From assembly GCF_964204645.1 (NCBI RefSeq), contig NC_134033.1, positions 13,028,655 to 13,092,654 of the forward strand: 64,000 nt of DNA, in the 5' to 3' direction. This DNA comes from Tubulanus polymorphus. Taxonomy: Eukaryota; Animalia; Nemertea. Made by a program: the position numbers and the translations under genes. This document shows, in pieces, positions 11,151-25,137 of the stretch. Position 1 is the first letter of the stretch. Each line of letters starts with the position of its first letter. Under the pieces are notes generated by a model. That model worked only from the letters and a program-made list of their open reading frames with translations, was not told where the DNA came from and ran no database searches.

Positions 11151-11516
11151 TGTTTGATATTCTTGGACGACCCGCAAGCGGTCGCCGACATTTTGGAAAA
11201 ACTCGTTAAATCGGACGCGAACGACTCGATGATGGCGTATCAGATCGGTTTCGACTTGTACGAGAGCGCCACGCAACAGTTCCTACAACGCGTGCAGGGG
11301 GCGCTGCGAGCGACGGCCCCGATTCCGATACCGGAAACGATGTCGACGTCGAAGCAGACGGACAGTAGTTCAACGCCGGCGAGCGTCGCCGCGACGACGA
11401 CCTCGAGCGCCGACGGTAAAGAGACGCCGATGGATACGTCGACGACAGATGAAACGAAAACAGACGAGAAAGAAAAAGAAAAAGATGCAATATCAGAAAA
11501 ACAGCTGGAAGATTTA
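11151..11516 (+). CDS. PSMD1: PSMD1 exon 6
   Basis: [18 protein letters not shown]...[18 protein letters not shown] followed by an S/T/E/K-rich loop. Confidence 0.93.
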
Positions 11517-11785
11517 GTAAATATTTTTTTTTTTTTTTTCATTCATGATTATTTATAATTGGGGATTGCCTACGGTTCTTTAGTAATCGAGGATTCCGCT
11601 TATGGCAAGTGAGGATCCATCAGGATTCATCTTAGTAGTAACTTAGTCTTTCTTGTTCAATTTCTTCTATTTTTCAATTAAAATCGGATGAAGTTTTTTT
11701 TTTGTATTTTGTTATGGAAGCTCTATGTATAGTACAAATGAAATTTAGAAATTTCAAATTTTTTCATTTCTTACTATTTTTTCAG

Positions 11786-11923
11786 AGCGAAATGGATCGT
11801 AACATACAAGATCACATCACGAAATTAAACACGATTTTAGGCGGTGAAACGACTATCGGTTTACATTTACAATTCCTCATACGAAACAATAAAACAGACT
11901 TACAAATTCTCAGAAATACAAAG
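11786..11923 (+). CDS. PSMD1: PSMD1 exon 7
   Basis: SEMDRN...[30 protein letters not shown]. Confidence 0.95.
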
Positions 11924-12468
11924 GTAAGGTAATGATTTTATAGTGTGATATAAGGAATCATTCGTTTAGTGTGTACACATTAGGGGAGGGGGAGGGGTAA
12001 GTGCAATTGTGTACTGTAATGCATAACGGATATGAAAAATAGCCCATTTTGCATACAAAAAGGGGGGCTTTGAAAAAGTCAAATTTCATGCATGCGTAAT
12101 AAATGAATGATCCATAAGTTAATATACAATTACCAACCAAATAAATAGCAGGGACAATCCCTATTTTAAGATGAAAGAAAATATACAATTAAAAGTAGTT
12201 TTAAAGTCGAATAATCTTGGTTCCAAATGCTTTGGTATTCTGTACCAAAATCTTGTTAATGCATAGCGCACAGACCTTGCCAACCTGTGACACGTCTTTT
12301 GTAGTATAGAATTAGAATTATTAGAAATAACAATATATCCATTTTAAATGCAGTAAAACGAAAGGGCTTGAAGAAATTTAAACAAAATTTTTTTACATCT
12401 TTAATGTTTGGTAATGTCTGAATCATTAGATGGTAATAAGATAATAATTGTTTGTATTTGAATTGTAG

Positions 12469-12669
<201 letters not shown>

Positions 12670-13022
12670 TGAAATCCAATCCCTCGAATTTCGATAAATT
12701 CTGGAATTTTCCCAAAAAAAGAAACCCCTTCTTAGATCACAACCCTTCTGGATTTTCGGGAGAAAAATCTTTTGAAATTATGCCACTACAGCTCCTAAGT
12801 TAAGGACTCTCCCCGGAATTTTCGATGAATGAATAATCTAAAAAATTCTGTTATGCCTTCTTGACTTAACTGCATATTGAATGAATTTAATGACGGCTAA
12901 ATGTGAAAAAATCTGAAAATTTACAACCATAATCGAGAAAAACGTATTTTTGAAAGCACTTAGTGGAACATTTCATTGAAGTCGATCCTAGATCTATACA
13001 CGATCGCCGTTATTTGTTACAG

Positions 13023-13196
13023 GGTCACGAGAAGGAAGCGTTAGCACTGATGTCGAGTTATCTACCGAAGGACAGCGCCGGCGGATCGGCGTATTCAGAA
13101 GGCGGAGGTCTCTACGCGTTGGGAATGATCCACGCGAATCACGGAGGTGAAATCACGGAATATCTACTGAATCAGCTGAAAGACGCTAGCTCAGAG
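13023..13196 (+). CDS. PSMD1: PSMD1 exon 9
   Basis: [17 protein letters not shown]...[18 protein letters not shown] (PC repeats). Confidence 0.95.
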
Positions 13197-13481
13197 GTAC
13201 GTACACACTGACTAATCCTTCAGTTGCTGAGATTGCGGTTAACCCATTAGCACTCAGAAATTTCACTGATGAAATTACTCGAAAATTTTAATGCCATCAT
13301 CTTATGCCAATGGATTCAAATCCCACTGTTACCATGTTTGATAGCAGACAAAAGAGTCTGGTGGATACAGGTGACTTGAGGAGTGATAGGCTGGGCATGG
13401 CAGCTGCTTGAAAGCTCAAAGTTTGAAATTTGACTCATCAAGAGTTAAACATACAGTTACATTTCGTGTATTTGTTTTCAG

Positions 13482-13670
13482 ATGGTACGCCACGGCGGAT
13501 GTCTCGGGTTGGGTCTCGCCGCGATGGGTACGGCTCGTCAGGATATATACGATCAGTTGAAATTCAATCTATACCAGGAGGACGCGGTGACCGGAGAGGC
13601 GGCTGGTATAGCTATGGGTCTGGTGATGCTGGGTACAAAGTCGGCGACCGGTATCGAGGATATGGTCGCT
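13482..13670 (+). CDS. PSMD1: PSMD1 exon 10
   Basis: [51 protein letters not shown]. Confidence 0.95.
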
Positions 13671-14063
13671 GTAAGTGATATTTTTATTCTAGATCCTAGA
13701 TTTAATAAGTTCATTTCAACTGATTTTAGCTTGACTGCAAAGTTAAGCTCTGCAAATATCAAACTCAAATTAACTTCCCAATCCGGGTCATATTAAGGCC
13801 ATCACTATAGAAATGGGTTCAAAATCTATATTAACCGACAACTGTGATACAAGGTCCAGAATCAAATAAACCCACACAACTGTGGAACTGGATCGAAAGT
13901 CAAATTAAGCCCATACAAATGTGGAAATATGTTGGCCAGGCCAAGCTGTGTAACAGGGTCAAGTGTCAAATAAGACCCATGATCATAATAATAGAAGGGG
14001 CCCAAATTAACCAATTTTACTAATAGAACGTATTTTGTGATTTGCTGTATTATTATGTTACAG

Positions 14064-14279
14064 TACGCTCAGGAGACTCAACACGAGAAGATCCTGCGCG
14101 GTTTAGCAGTCGGTATCGCGTTGACGATGTACGGACGTCTAGAAGAGGCCGACACGTTGATCGAGAGCCTCATGCGTGATAAAGATCCGATACTGCGTCG
14201 GTCGGGCATGTACACGATCGCGATGTCGTACTGCGGCAGCGGAAACAACGAAGCCATTCGCAAGTTATTACACGTCGCC
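14064..14279 (+). CDS. PSMD1: PSMD1 exon 11
   Basis: [54 protein letters not shown]...IRKLLHVA. Confidence 0.95.
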
Positions 14280-14900
14280 GTGAGTAGTGTTTCATTCGGT
14301 TATTACTTTCCGATCGGTCAAGACTGACACATATAAACTTGGCTGAATTCTTATACCAGCTTTATGGCAGGGTCCCTACAACTCCTTGATTCCTTAAAAG
14401 CTGCTTTTAACTGAAAATGCTTTAAAATTTGCATGAAACTCCTTTTAATTCAGGCAAAATGCTTGAAACTCCTTTAATTTTGAGAAATAAAAAATATTAG
14501 GAATGTTTGTAGTTGTACAGCAGACTACACCTTACACGATACAGTTGGGATTTTTAACCCAATAAGACGGTTACCAAGTTTAGGTAGTGCAAAGGTAGTA
14601 ACCACCAAATTACCGGTTTACTGAGAGTACCAATTTAGGAGGAGTCTAGTAGAATATGTCCAACAGTTGTTTCTGCTGTAATTCTTCCATGACATTTTTA
14701 GTCGTGTCTTCAAAGTACCTTCTTATTATCTTATTTATTATTAGATCGCGAATTGAGACTTCTTTTTCAAAAACCTTTCATTTACTAGAATACATTTTGT
14801 TTAATCCCTTAAATAGTGGGTTTTGATTGTCGGAACGTGGCTTTTCTGTTTCGAATAAAGTCGCTGTTTGTTGAGCTGGATTATGTTTTGATTTGAACAG

Positions 14901-14965
14901 GTCAGTGATGTAAATGATGATGTCAGAAGAGCAGCCGTTACTTCCCTCGGGTTCCTATTATTCAG
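14901..14965 (+). CDS. PSMD1: PSMD1 exon 12 (last exon seen; the gene continues beyond the window)
   Basis: VSDVNDDVRRAAVTSLGFLLF(R), phase-2 donor AG|GTAAAT. Exons 1-12 total 1979 nt. Confidence 0.95.
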
Positions 14966-15672
14966 GTAAATCAACCATTGTCTTTTCATTCATGCTTCCT
15001 ACAGAAACCAGGGAAAAACTTGGGAATTTAAAAATTGTAATATTTTGGAATTAGATAGATTTTCCTTTAATCCAGAAAATGTTTGTGTTACACTTGATGA
15101 AGCATAGTTCTGGGATGTCAATTTCTTACCTGATGGGAACTTTCTTCAGTAATTTTTCTTGAAAAACCCCTTTATCAACCAGTAAAATGTTAACTGTTAA
15201 CTTAAATGTGATGATGGTATCTGTTTATTTCATGAAGATCCCATTTTCCATTTGGGAAAATTGAAAAATGTATGTCTTTAAAATTTACAACTTAAAATTC
15301 TTCGTTTAATTTGGTCAAGTTGAAATTCCTATGAAAATATCATGTTGAAATATTAACTGAACTGGCTTACTACTGGATGTGTCTAGAAAACTTCTCTCTG
15401 GTCTTTCCTATTGACGTTCATCTGAACACGGGGAAAGTTTTTTTTGGGGGGGGGGAAATAACTCAGGTAGTTTAGAAGTGGACAGATTGTGGTCAACCTG
15501 TTGAACTTGTTTGCCACCAGCTTCTAGATATCATGTATTTCCAGTTCAGATACCAGTGTCACATCGAGGTATCTCTGAATGATACCATGCGATATACTTA
15601 TTGACATTATCTCGGGCTCTTTTGCGATTTAAACCACTTTCGAGCTCGACGGAAATTTCTCGCGCATTTCTG

Positions 15673-15956
15673 TAACCCTTTCAGTGCTGACTAATTAATA
15701 CCCTATAATGCTGGAGATAATTGGAATTTTTTGAAAAATTTCACCCTAGTGTGTTGAATAAAGGGCGTACCACTGTGCGTCTACACCGTGGTGCAGTGTA
15801 TCGTTAGTTACAAGTATTTCACTATGTTTGACAGGTGCTGCCATCTTTCCAGAGAGATAATTACTAATTACATCAATACACTGCAGTGCGGTGTACTAGC
15901 AAAATCAATCACTGATTTATACACCGCACTGCGGTGTAGACGCACTGAAAGGGTTA
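15673..15956. mobile_element. MITE with 15-bp terminal inverted repeats
   Basis: TAACCCTTTCAGTGC ... GCACTGAAAGGGTTA; the (T)TAA-CCC ends resemble piggyBac-type elements. Internal sub-terminal inverted repeat gtgcgtctacaccg. Confidence 0.7.
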
Positions 15957-16747
15957 AACAAAGTAAAAGATTCGTTAGATGGATATAAGACGCGAAATAG
16001 TTCACTTTCATCATCAATCTTTTTCCGGTTGGAAGGTAATGAATATTGCATTCAGTACGTGAGCAGTGAATTTATGCGCAGCATGCGCGGGCGTTTGAAA
16101 TCTTCTCGGTAATGTTCGTCGGCTGAATTTCTAATTGTTGATCGCTTGCGCGATGAATTATTTAACCGTTTGTTGTTGTAATTCAGTTTAAGTCGAGCTC
16201 AGCCGGAAGTTTGTGAAGTGTCGAGAAAACTCGATTGTTCTCGGGATTCGGCCGCGAACGTCTTCCGCGTAAATAAATCGTCATCTATATTTGATTGATT
16301 TGGTATAGTTTGTCGATTCAGTATCGCTGTACCGACTGCTGGTTTTGGTTCAATGAGGTACCGGCACACCACCGCCAGATGGCGTTACTATACGGTCAGT
16401 TATGGTGTAGTGGTTGTCGCGTGTGATACTATCGAGAGAAACTCACAATATCAGTTTAAACAACTGTTAACATTTTCTTCTTACGTTCGGACGGAATCCT
16501 TCCACACATCTTCGGAGTTTATTTGAAAAATCTCAGTGAATAGTATCAACTATTTACATGGTTTGATACTACTTAGAATTACGGTAGTCCATTTTCAAGT
16601 TTGATCTCGTATTCTAAGGCCGAATCAAAAGTATGATCGTACAAGCCTCCAAAATGACTTAATATTTATTTCTCTCAGTATGTTATTGTTTCCATTGAAA
16701 ATTTGTTTTCTTTAGAGAAAACTTCATTCAATTTTGATTAAGTCTTA

Positions 16748-16790
16748 ATCGATTTCTTGAGTATCCTAACAAGATACTCAAGAAATCGAT
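16748..16790. repeat. Perfect 18-bp hairpin
   Basis: ATCGATTTCTTGAGTATC-ctaacaa-GATACTCAAGAAATCGAT. Confidence 0.85.
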
Positions 16791-17877
16791 GCTTGGTCCG
16801 ACGGAGTAACTACTAGCAACTCCTCACTTGCCGCAGTAGCTATGTCGCTATCCCAAAAGACAAGTCGCCACAAATAACAGGACACGTGTGATTTCGATGA
16901 TATCATATTTTTTTTTAAATTTCAATATTTGCATTATTTTATGTTTTAGAATTATGACCACATGAATATATAAAACACAGTGATGATAGTAGCTGACGGT
17001 ATCTCAGTAGTGTTGATATGTTAGAAAATTGACATTTAGCTTCATCCAAATGGCCGAATTACCGAGAGATGCTGGCTGACTAGAGTTGCTCAGAGTTCCA
17101 GCTGAGCTGAGCCGCATCTCAACTCAAACCACTTTTTGGCAACTCAGAGTTACTCTGATTGAGTTGTTGCACACATTCGACCTGTAACTAAACTATTACT
17201 CGATGTAATATTATGTGAAACAGTTAAATTTTCAAGAGAGAAAACTGCGTGAAAATTATCAGATAAAGCGACTAAGTGTATCATGTGTCAGGGGCCATAT
17301 ATATATTTTCTTGAAGGAGTCGGTAGAACACATTAAAAGTGCAGATGTACTTACAAATTCACAACTTTCCCCCTTATCTGTGTGGGTTATAGGACCGAAA
17401 TGAGCCAAGATAAGTTTCTAGGTCTAAGGCGTGACTGTGACTGGGTCCTGGAGCATTTTGTCCTATAACCAATGTTTGAATGGGCCTGTTTCACAGTTGT
17501 GAGTTAAATTCAACTCCCATGAGTTCTAAAATATTTGAAAATGAATCGAATTGTGACTGCATTCAGAGTTGAATCGAAGTCACAATAGTGAAACCACATT
17601 TTTTATCTAGGCCCTAATATTTGGAGTATAGAAAGTGTATGCAGGCGTTGTAGAAAAACCAGACTCTGAGTGAGATTGGTCTCTTTTTCAGAGTTCAACC
17701 ACTCCTAACAGTATCAAAATAGAATGATAACTAGTTTTTTTTCGATTAAACTACAATTTTTGATGTACGATTCTCTCATTTTTTCTGAAACCACTACTAG
17801 AGATCAGGGGCGGATTACGGGGTGGTTTCGGCGCTCCAGACCCCTGCCTTCCCAAACTGAATTGATTAGACTTCTGG

Positions 17878-20309
17878 TTAAACTTCTTTGATATTGAGGG
17901 TATAAGTGACGGTGTTACGTCGCGTGTCGCTGATCCAGTTCGACGGCGTCAGGAACATCGACTCGGGCTGCTGCGAACTGCGGCGTTCACCGCGCGCGCG
18001 CCGACGCAGCCGATATTTACACGTGATTATCTTATAGAACGCGTTGCGAAACGACGTGTTGAACATCGTGTAGATAATCGGGTTCGCCAACGACGCCAGA
18101 TACCCGAACCACAAGAAGGCACTCATCATTTCGGGCGTGACGCGTGCCATGCACGCCGCGCACGACACCGACAACACGTTCACGACGAAAAACGGCGTCC
18201 ACAACACGACGAACACGACGAAAATAATGCCGAGAACTTTCGACGCTTTTTTCTCATTGTTCGCCGTCCGTTTCGGAATCAAACCGCGAACGTTGATTCG
18301 GTTTTGCTGTTGTTGTTTTTTGTCTTTGAAATGCGGCGGTGTTTGGCGATAGGACGAGTCGGACTGGCGCGACCAGCGCTTTTGGTGTTGGCGTTCGACG
18401 CTGGCTGTTTTGAGCACGCGTTCGCGCCACTCGTCGGCGGAACGATCGACCGGCGCGTGGTGCACGCCGTTGACGAGTATATCGCCGGTTGTTCGCGCGT
18501 CTGTCGACTCGTTGTTGCACGGCGAGGTCACGTGACCGTTTGGCGCTGTCACGTAGCTGTCGCTGTCGGTGCTCGTGTGATTTTCACCTCGTATCAACCG
18601 ATCGTTTTCGCGTGCCGGACGCTTCATGTAATTCACCCGGTAAACATAAATTCCGTTCGTCTCCAGCGATAAAGTTACGATTTCGGAATTTTCGGTCGTC
18701 GCCTCGAGTCGTATTTCCGGTTCGGATTGGCGACCGTCCTCGCGACCGTCCTCGTAGCGACGCTCGTCGTTATCGCTAACTTCATCATCGTCTTCCTCCT
18801 CTTCGTCGCTTTCCTCGCTTAGATTTTGATCGGAGTCTTCTTCGTCTTCGTCCGACGAAGAGCAGCTCTCCGTCGCGGCGAAACGACGTCGATCGTCTCT
18901 CATCGGATCGGAGATCGTAGTCGTACGCGTTACAAACGCGTCGCCGTAACTTTTCCGACGGTTGACGTCGACGTTGTCGGCCGCGGTCGTCGTCGTCTGC
19001 CAACAACGACCTTGACCGCGATGAATCGTCAGCGGACCGTTATCGATCGTTTTTAAGCGCGGTAGACTCTTGCGATCGTGCGGCACAATTTTATAGAATT
19101 GATGGCGATAATCGATGGAGGCGTCCGTGTCGGATTTACCGAGATTGTTTCCTTCTCTTCGTCCGTCGAAACTTTGGAATGTAACGTTTTCGGACATTGA
19201 TCGTTTATCGTTCGGTTGATCGTGACTATCCTCCGTCCCGACGGCGACAGTGCCCGATTTCGAGTCCGGCTCCGGTATTTCCAGATACTCTTCCATTTCG
19301 AGTTCGATCTGGCTGAGTTTTTCTTGCACTTCGGCCGGCGCTTCGAGTATGTCTTTGCCGTGAATGCTGACGAGACTCTCGACGCTGGCGCACAGATTAC
19401 GACTCGACGCGCCCGGTAGAGACAGATACGACATGAGCACATTGTGTTTATTGGCGGCGCCCGTTTCCGGGCAGCTCGTGATGCTGTTCAGACGATCGTG
19501 AAGATTTGTCGGCGGTACGGGTGGCGCCGTCGACGACGAGGCATCGCTGATTTCGGGTTTTAACACGAGCGGTTGACGCGGGTCACCGTCGCTCGATTGC
19601 GCGTAACTAACCGAACTGGAATTCTCTCGCGCCGCTGGCGTATGCGGTATCGGCGGCAATTTGGCGCCGACGTCGCGGCTCATCAACGCCGCTAAATCTT
19701 TCGGATCGACGATCGAGCTATCGCGACTCTGCGTCACGTAAACGCTGTTGTCGTTGCTGATTTCGTTGTCGTAGCTGGAATAGCCGTTCGGCGCGGATAA
19801 AAACTTCTGGTTGTTGTACTGCGGCTGCTGCAGCTGATGCTGCTGGTGGTGATGATTCTGCGCGTTCATCAGGTTGATATTTCGTCGCAGCATCGTCTGT
19901 CGGTTTTTGTCGACGCGTCGCATGAACTTGCTGTTGTTGCGCAGGATGCGTATCGTCAGCACGTACGTGATGATCATGATCGTCAGCGGCACGTAGAACG
20001 CGAGCACCGACGCGTAGATGACGAAGTCGACCAACGTGATCATGCACATGCCGTCGACGTAGACGTTGTCGTGGTCGATGAACCCGAGCACGCAGACCGG
20101 CGAGCAGATCGCGATCGACACGATCCACACGAACGTGATCTTCAACAGCACCATCGTTTTCGTCTTGTTGCGGCCGTATTTCATCGGGTATTTCAACGTG
20201 AAGAATCGATCCATCGACATCGTGCACATGTGCCAGATCGACGCCGTGCACAGACCGACGTCGAACGTCGCCCATAACGCGCACAAGTGCGGCCCCATCG
20301 GAAACAACC
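17878..20309 (-). CDS. HTR2: 5-HT2-type serotonin receptor, coding exon 2 (TM3-TM7, C-tail); 911 aa in total
   Basis: Acceptor tttcag| at 20310/20309 is in phase. TM3 WATFDVGLCTASIWHMCTMSMDRF (aminergic Asp), TM5 FVIYASVLAFYVPLTIM, NEKKASKVLGIIF..WTPFFVVN, and WFGY..NPIIYTMFN..FRNAF are 5-HT2 signatures. Confidence 0.9.
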
Positions 20310-22848
20310 CTGAAACATGCAAACGTAACAATTAGTTTATGGATGATGATAATAAAAGATTAAATGAATTGTAACAATTTAAGACTTTCTCTGATTCACG
20401 CAGGGAGTTTTATGTAGTCACATGGAGAACTAGGGGATGTGTAAATGTATGGAAAGTGGCCACCCTGAGTTGGTCTGAAACTGTTCCTAAGTCTTAAATT
20501 GTCCCTTAAAGTTGATTCTACAGACATGGCATAGATTAAAGACCATCTTAGTTCCGAATCCAATCTAACAACTAAAGACCAGTCTTAAAAATTGGGACCT
20601 TACGACTATGCAACTGGCCCTCCCAGCGTTCTAAAGATTCGCAGTTAAATTTGACTAGGGCAAATTTTTTAACCTCAAGTCTGGAATTGGGTTTGTATAA
20701 AGATAAGATCAGCACAGAGCTTTTCTTCAATTGATCCATGATTTTAAAATCTTTCTCTTTATTTTTAAGGAGCTTTGAGATTTTTATATAGATGTTAATC
20801 GCTTTTAAGGAATTTGTTATGATTATTTTCCACTCGCGGTATTTCCTTCAGTTCATCGAAATATCATCAAACTACCGACATAATCCCTATCGAACCTTGC
20901 CTCCCACGACCTAGAAAAAAAAACCAATCAATTCCGAGTGGAAATGTCGTCTCGTACCGGAACGAAACGTTGCTTGATTTTAATTTTCGTTTCGACGTTC
21001 GCCGTGTGACTTATCTTTACGACGGCGGCGGCGGTTTTTACACGCGCCGCGCGCGATCAATAAGGCTTAGTTCGATCGCTGAAACAACTAACGCAAACAT
21101 CGCCGCCGCGTCAAACGACGAAGAGAGAGAAGATTATAGATCGGCCCAGCAGCAGCAGTAGCAGACTGTCTACGCTTAGAAAACATCCGTGACGTTCGCA
21201 TTAGCTTCGCGTAACCTGTTGCCGTGGAAAAAATGTAGAAAGAACCTTCCGGAAGAGATGGCTACCACAAAAAGTCCTCGTGTGACATCATTATTTTGCC
21301 CAGTTTGGATTGAGAACTTCGGAGACAGTAAAAAGATCTCTACAGAAAGTCTGCTGCCATCCCCCAGGGACAGCTAACGATTACCAGTGATTTTAGGAAC
21401 CTTGCTGAACCAGCCATCGTAAATCCACCTATGACATCATGTTGGATTGTGTAGTGATTTCAAAAGCCTCCAGGGGCGAGTTCCTCAGTCGTGAGTTAGA
21501 GTTGACTCTGAGTTAAAATTAGTTCATTTCCAATCAGTTAACTCTTCCATAACTGTGGAACTGGGTTTTGGAACCTACCATCATGAATCCTAATACGGTA
21601 TCATATAGAATTAGTTAGTTATTTTGCAGAAATTCTGCTGCCTCCATTATTCCTCTTAGTGACATTGTCGAATTTTCCGGTGACCATACAGAAAGAAGCT
21701 GCCAACATTAAACCTCTTTGACATCATCAATTTACCCAGTTTTGTCAATAACATTCTCCTGATAAGGATTTATTCCTCGGCGAATACTCACGATCCATGA
21801 TCCTCGTAATGTTGACTACTAAAAGATGGCTACCTACGAGAGTCACCCTATGACATCATCGAATTTTGAGGTGATTTCGATACGAAGGCGTTTCTGGAAC
21901 GATCGCGCTTCCTTTCTCGGTGATCGTCGTTGTTATACCCGCGGGGCGTTCAAATAGCCGATTTACGACCTTTCAAATATTGAACGATCAATCGAATGTC
22001 GTTCGGATCGCGCCACGATCACTCGCCGGTTTGTAACTGAATTGTAATTGATCTCGGGTAAACAGCGCCTGCGGGTCAGGTGTGTGTTTACCCCCGCTCG
22101 GTGTAAAACACAGTCGATAAATCGATGTTACCCGCTGACACCTCACTGTCTGTTGTGTTTCCCAGGTTTAGCCGAGCGATAGATATAATTAGGTGTGATG
22201 TCGTATCATCGTCAACCGGATGTGGCTACCTACGTCTCAAAAAGTTTTTAGAGTTCGTGAATATGATTTCTAAGTTCCATGATTCGATAGTTATGTTATC
22301 TAGTTGTATGAGTTTGATTTAATTCAGGAACCAGTTCCACAGTTGTGTTGGTTTAAGTTGGACCCAGTTCTGTAGTTATGTGGGTTAAATCTGACTTCGG
22401 GCTGAGATCCCGTTGTGAGTTCGTCTCCATGCAATAAGCTACGCGTTGAAGGAAAGGTTCGGCAGTTTAGACAGACATAAAGGTTGGACACCTGATTGTC
22501 ACCCGTTCAACCCCTGAAGGGATAGACATTGATAATAAGACCCAAAGGGGATAGACCCTGATAGAGAACCCGAGAGCACAACAGACAGCGTCGTTTTAGT
22601 AGAGACAAATAACAATGGAAATCACCGAAGGCAACCGTCGCATTTGTCCAATTTCCTGCGGTCGACACGAACTGTAACGATACGACACGATGATCAATAC
22701 TGATTGAATTACTCGGCGCTGTCGTCCGTTACTGACCGCTCAAATCACTGACCATCACTGACCACTGCTAGACTGACCATTAATTATTATCAATTGAGCC
22801 AACTGACTATTGTAAAAAAGAACGACCTCTAAACAGCTAGCAATTTAT

Positions 22849-23198
22849 AGACTGATGACCCAGATACTGGAAAATTGACCAGACTGATGACCCAGACACT
22901 GGTTAATTGACCAGACTGATGACCCAGATACTGGTAAAATGACCAGGCTGATGACCCAGATACTGGTTAATTGACCAGACTGATGACCCAGATACTGGTA
23001 AAGTGACCTGACTGATGACCCAGATTCTGGTAAAGTGACTAGACTGATGACCCAGATATTGGTAAGGTGACCAGACTGATGACCCAGATACCGGTAGACT
23101 GACAAGACTGACGACCCAGATACTGGTAAGGTGACCACACTGATGACCCAGATACTGGTAGACTGACAAGACGGACGACCCACATACTGGAAAATTGA
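22849..23198. repeat. Minisatellite, 32-bp unit, about 11 copies
   Basis: Unit approximately gaccagactgatgacccagatactggtaaaat. Confidence 0.9.
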
Positions 23199-25137
23199 CT
23201 CACCAACCAGGCTTGTCACATAGACTGCACACTGACCAGGTTAATATACTGATGAAACTGTATATAGACTCATTATAGCCATTGCTTTTATTACTGACTA
23301 ATGCCATATGGCAGTCAATACACAGTCAATACAACGGGAGATTTATGATAGACCCTCAAAGTTTGCAAATCTTCCCATTACCTTTTTCTGTTATGTATAT
23401 AGCAAGTCTCCAACACTGATTGGCAAGCAAACTCTGCTGTCTCCTGTAACACCTCCATAGCACTGCATCATAATACTAACCGATGTAGCTCCCCAGGTCG
23501 GGATTGTTGTAAGTTTGTCTGTGATTCACAGAAATTGGTGTTGTCTTCATTAACGATAAAAAGGGAAACAAAGTGAGAGATACCTTCGCTGCTGAGAACA
23601 CGGTTCGGTAATTTACTCCCATTCAGTGTAACAGAAAAACTAATCTATAACAAGGGTGTATGAATTACACCCAGTCGACGTAATTGGCAACACGTTGAAG
23701 AAACTGGTTGATTGGAGACAACCCTTCGCATGTCCGACAATATGGTCGGATGTGACAATTAGGGATGTTACCGTCTGTCGAATATAGACCGTACAGTCAT
23801 CGACTGTGGTGAGTGCTTTGATTGGTTTCAGGTCCCTTCTCTTCCCTCTTACACATGTTAGCAAAAATAAGTTATCGCCAATGTCCTGCTAGTATCACAG
23901 CACCTGTCCCCATCGCAATTACAGTAACTTGAGAAATCAATGGACTTGGAGCTACGATCACACGTACGTTTTTGACCAGGGCCAATGTTGGCTGTGCCAG
24001 ACTCAGCCCAAGCCAATCGTTCACACTTGTGGCAAATGGGTCCACGTCTGGTTGACACAGGCTCAGACTGAGAACGTCAGACCAGGCCGTGGCTAGTTTT
24101 AGTACCGGTAGAATTATTCCGTGTGAATGCTCATTGGTTATGGAAGTGATTTAACTCGCTAAAAAAAAAAGTTTTGATAGGATTTAGTTACTAGTCAGTG
24201 ATTTATGTAGGATATCTCTTAATAAGCCATCGGCTAAAATGACTCGGGCCTGATTTGACCTGAGCCAAATCCTGTCTGTTTGATCATGGCTAATCGTACA
24301 ATTTAAATCATCAACATTTAAAAAATCACTGTAATCAAGGTTTTACAAGTATCTAGGTTATCTATGTCTGAGGGGGTTGCTCCTGTTCCTAATTGAGGCC
24401 TGACATCACTATCTTCATTCTGATTATTTTAAACATTCACTGAATTGCAAGTTACGTCAATGGAAAAATATTCCCAGCATTTTCATCAGGTTTCACTAGC
24501 TGCGGTAGTAGTTGTGAACTGGGTAGAAAGTGATATTCAATCGACTCTTTAAACAGGAGTGGAAAAAATTAAGTGTTTTATTTTTTTCAAAGGTTGAGTA
24601 AAATGAGATAATTCAATACCATCTGTTTCGTTGGCTACTGTAGTGAGATCTCTTAGCAGGTGGTGGTGGTAGTTGGCAAAGAGATACCGATAGGGGAGGC
24701 GGTAGAGAAAAACTTCCGCTACTTTGTGTAAATGAAATGAAGATATATCTTGCCGTTTGAACGTAGTGTCTGGGGTAATATGAAGGGTTATGTTTGTTTG
24801 GAAAACAGTCTGCAAATTAGAAATCAACAAAACTATACAAAAACCCCGTTCTCTTTCTCTCTCTCACGCAGTGTGGGAGAGGTTACGAATGTACAGCAGA
24901 ATGTACAGCACGCCGGCGCTGATTACGTGACTATGTACCGTAATCACATGAGGCTTATTATCTCTGCGAATGATAGCGGTATTAGAGACTGAATGATATC
25001 GCGTTTGTTTTTACTTTGTGGTTGTGTCGGGCAAAAATTAAATAGGCAGACATGAGAATCGTCAAATAACAGTTGAATTGTTAAAAGAAATGACCTACAA
25101 AGAATTCCACTTTATGGTCTACTATCATTTTTATTCT

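Noticed and set aside
11320-11516. S/T/E/K-rich insertion in PSMD1
   Set aside because: A variable disordered loop at this position is normal for PSMD1/Rpn2.
22849-23198. CTGATGA in most units, suggesting tandem hammerheads or snoRNA boxes
   Set aside because: No properly placed stem II followed by GAAA and no stem III; treated as a plain minisatellite.
23640-24058. Cys-containing minus-strand ORFs
   Set aside because: Non-ATG starts, no recognisable domain, and no splice support.
24872-24992. Exon-like segment after a strong acceptor (ctctctctcacgcag), a possible PSMD1 alternative exon
   Set aside because: The translation does not resemble PSMD1 or any family I recognise, and the pyrimidine tract may be a CT microsatellite.
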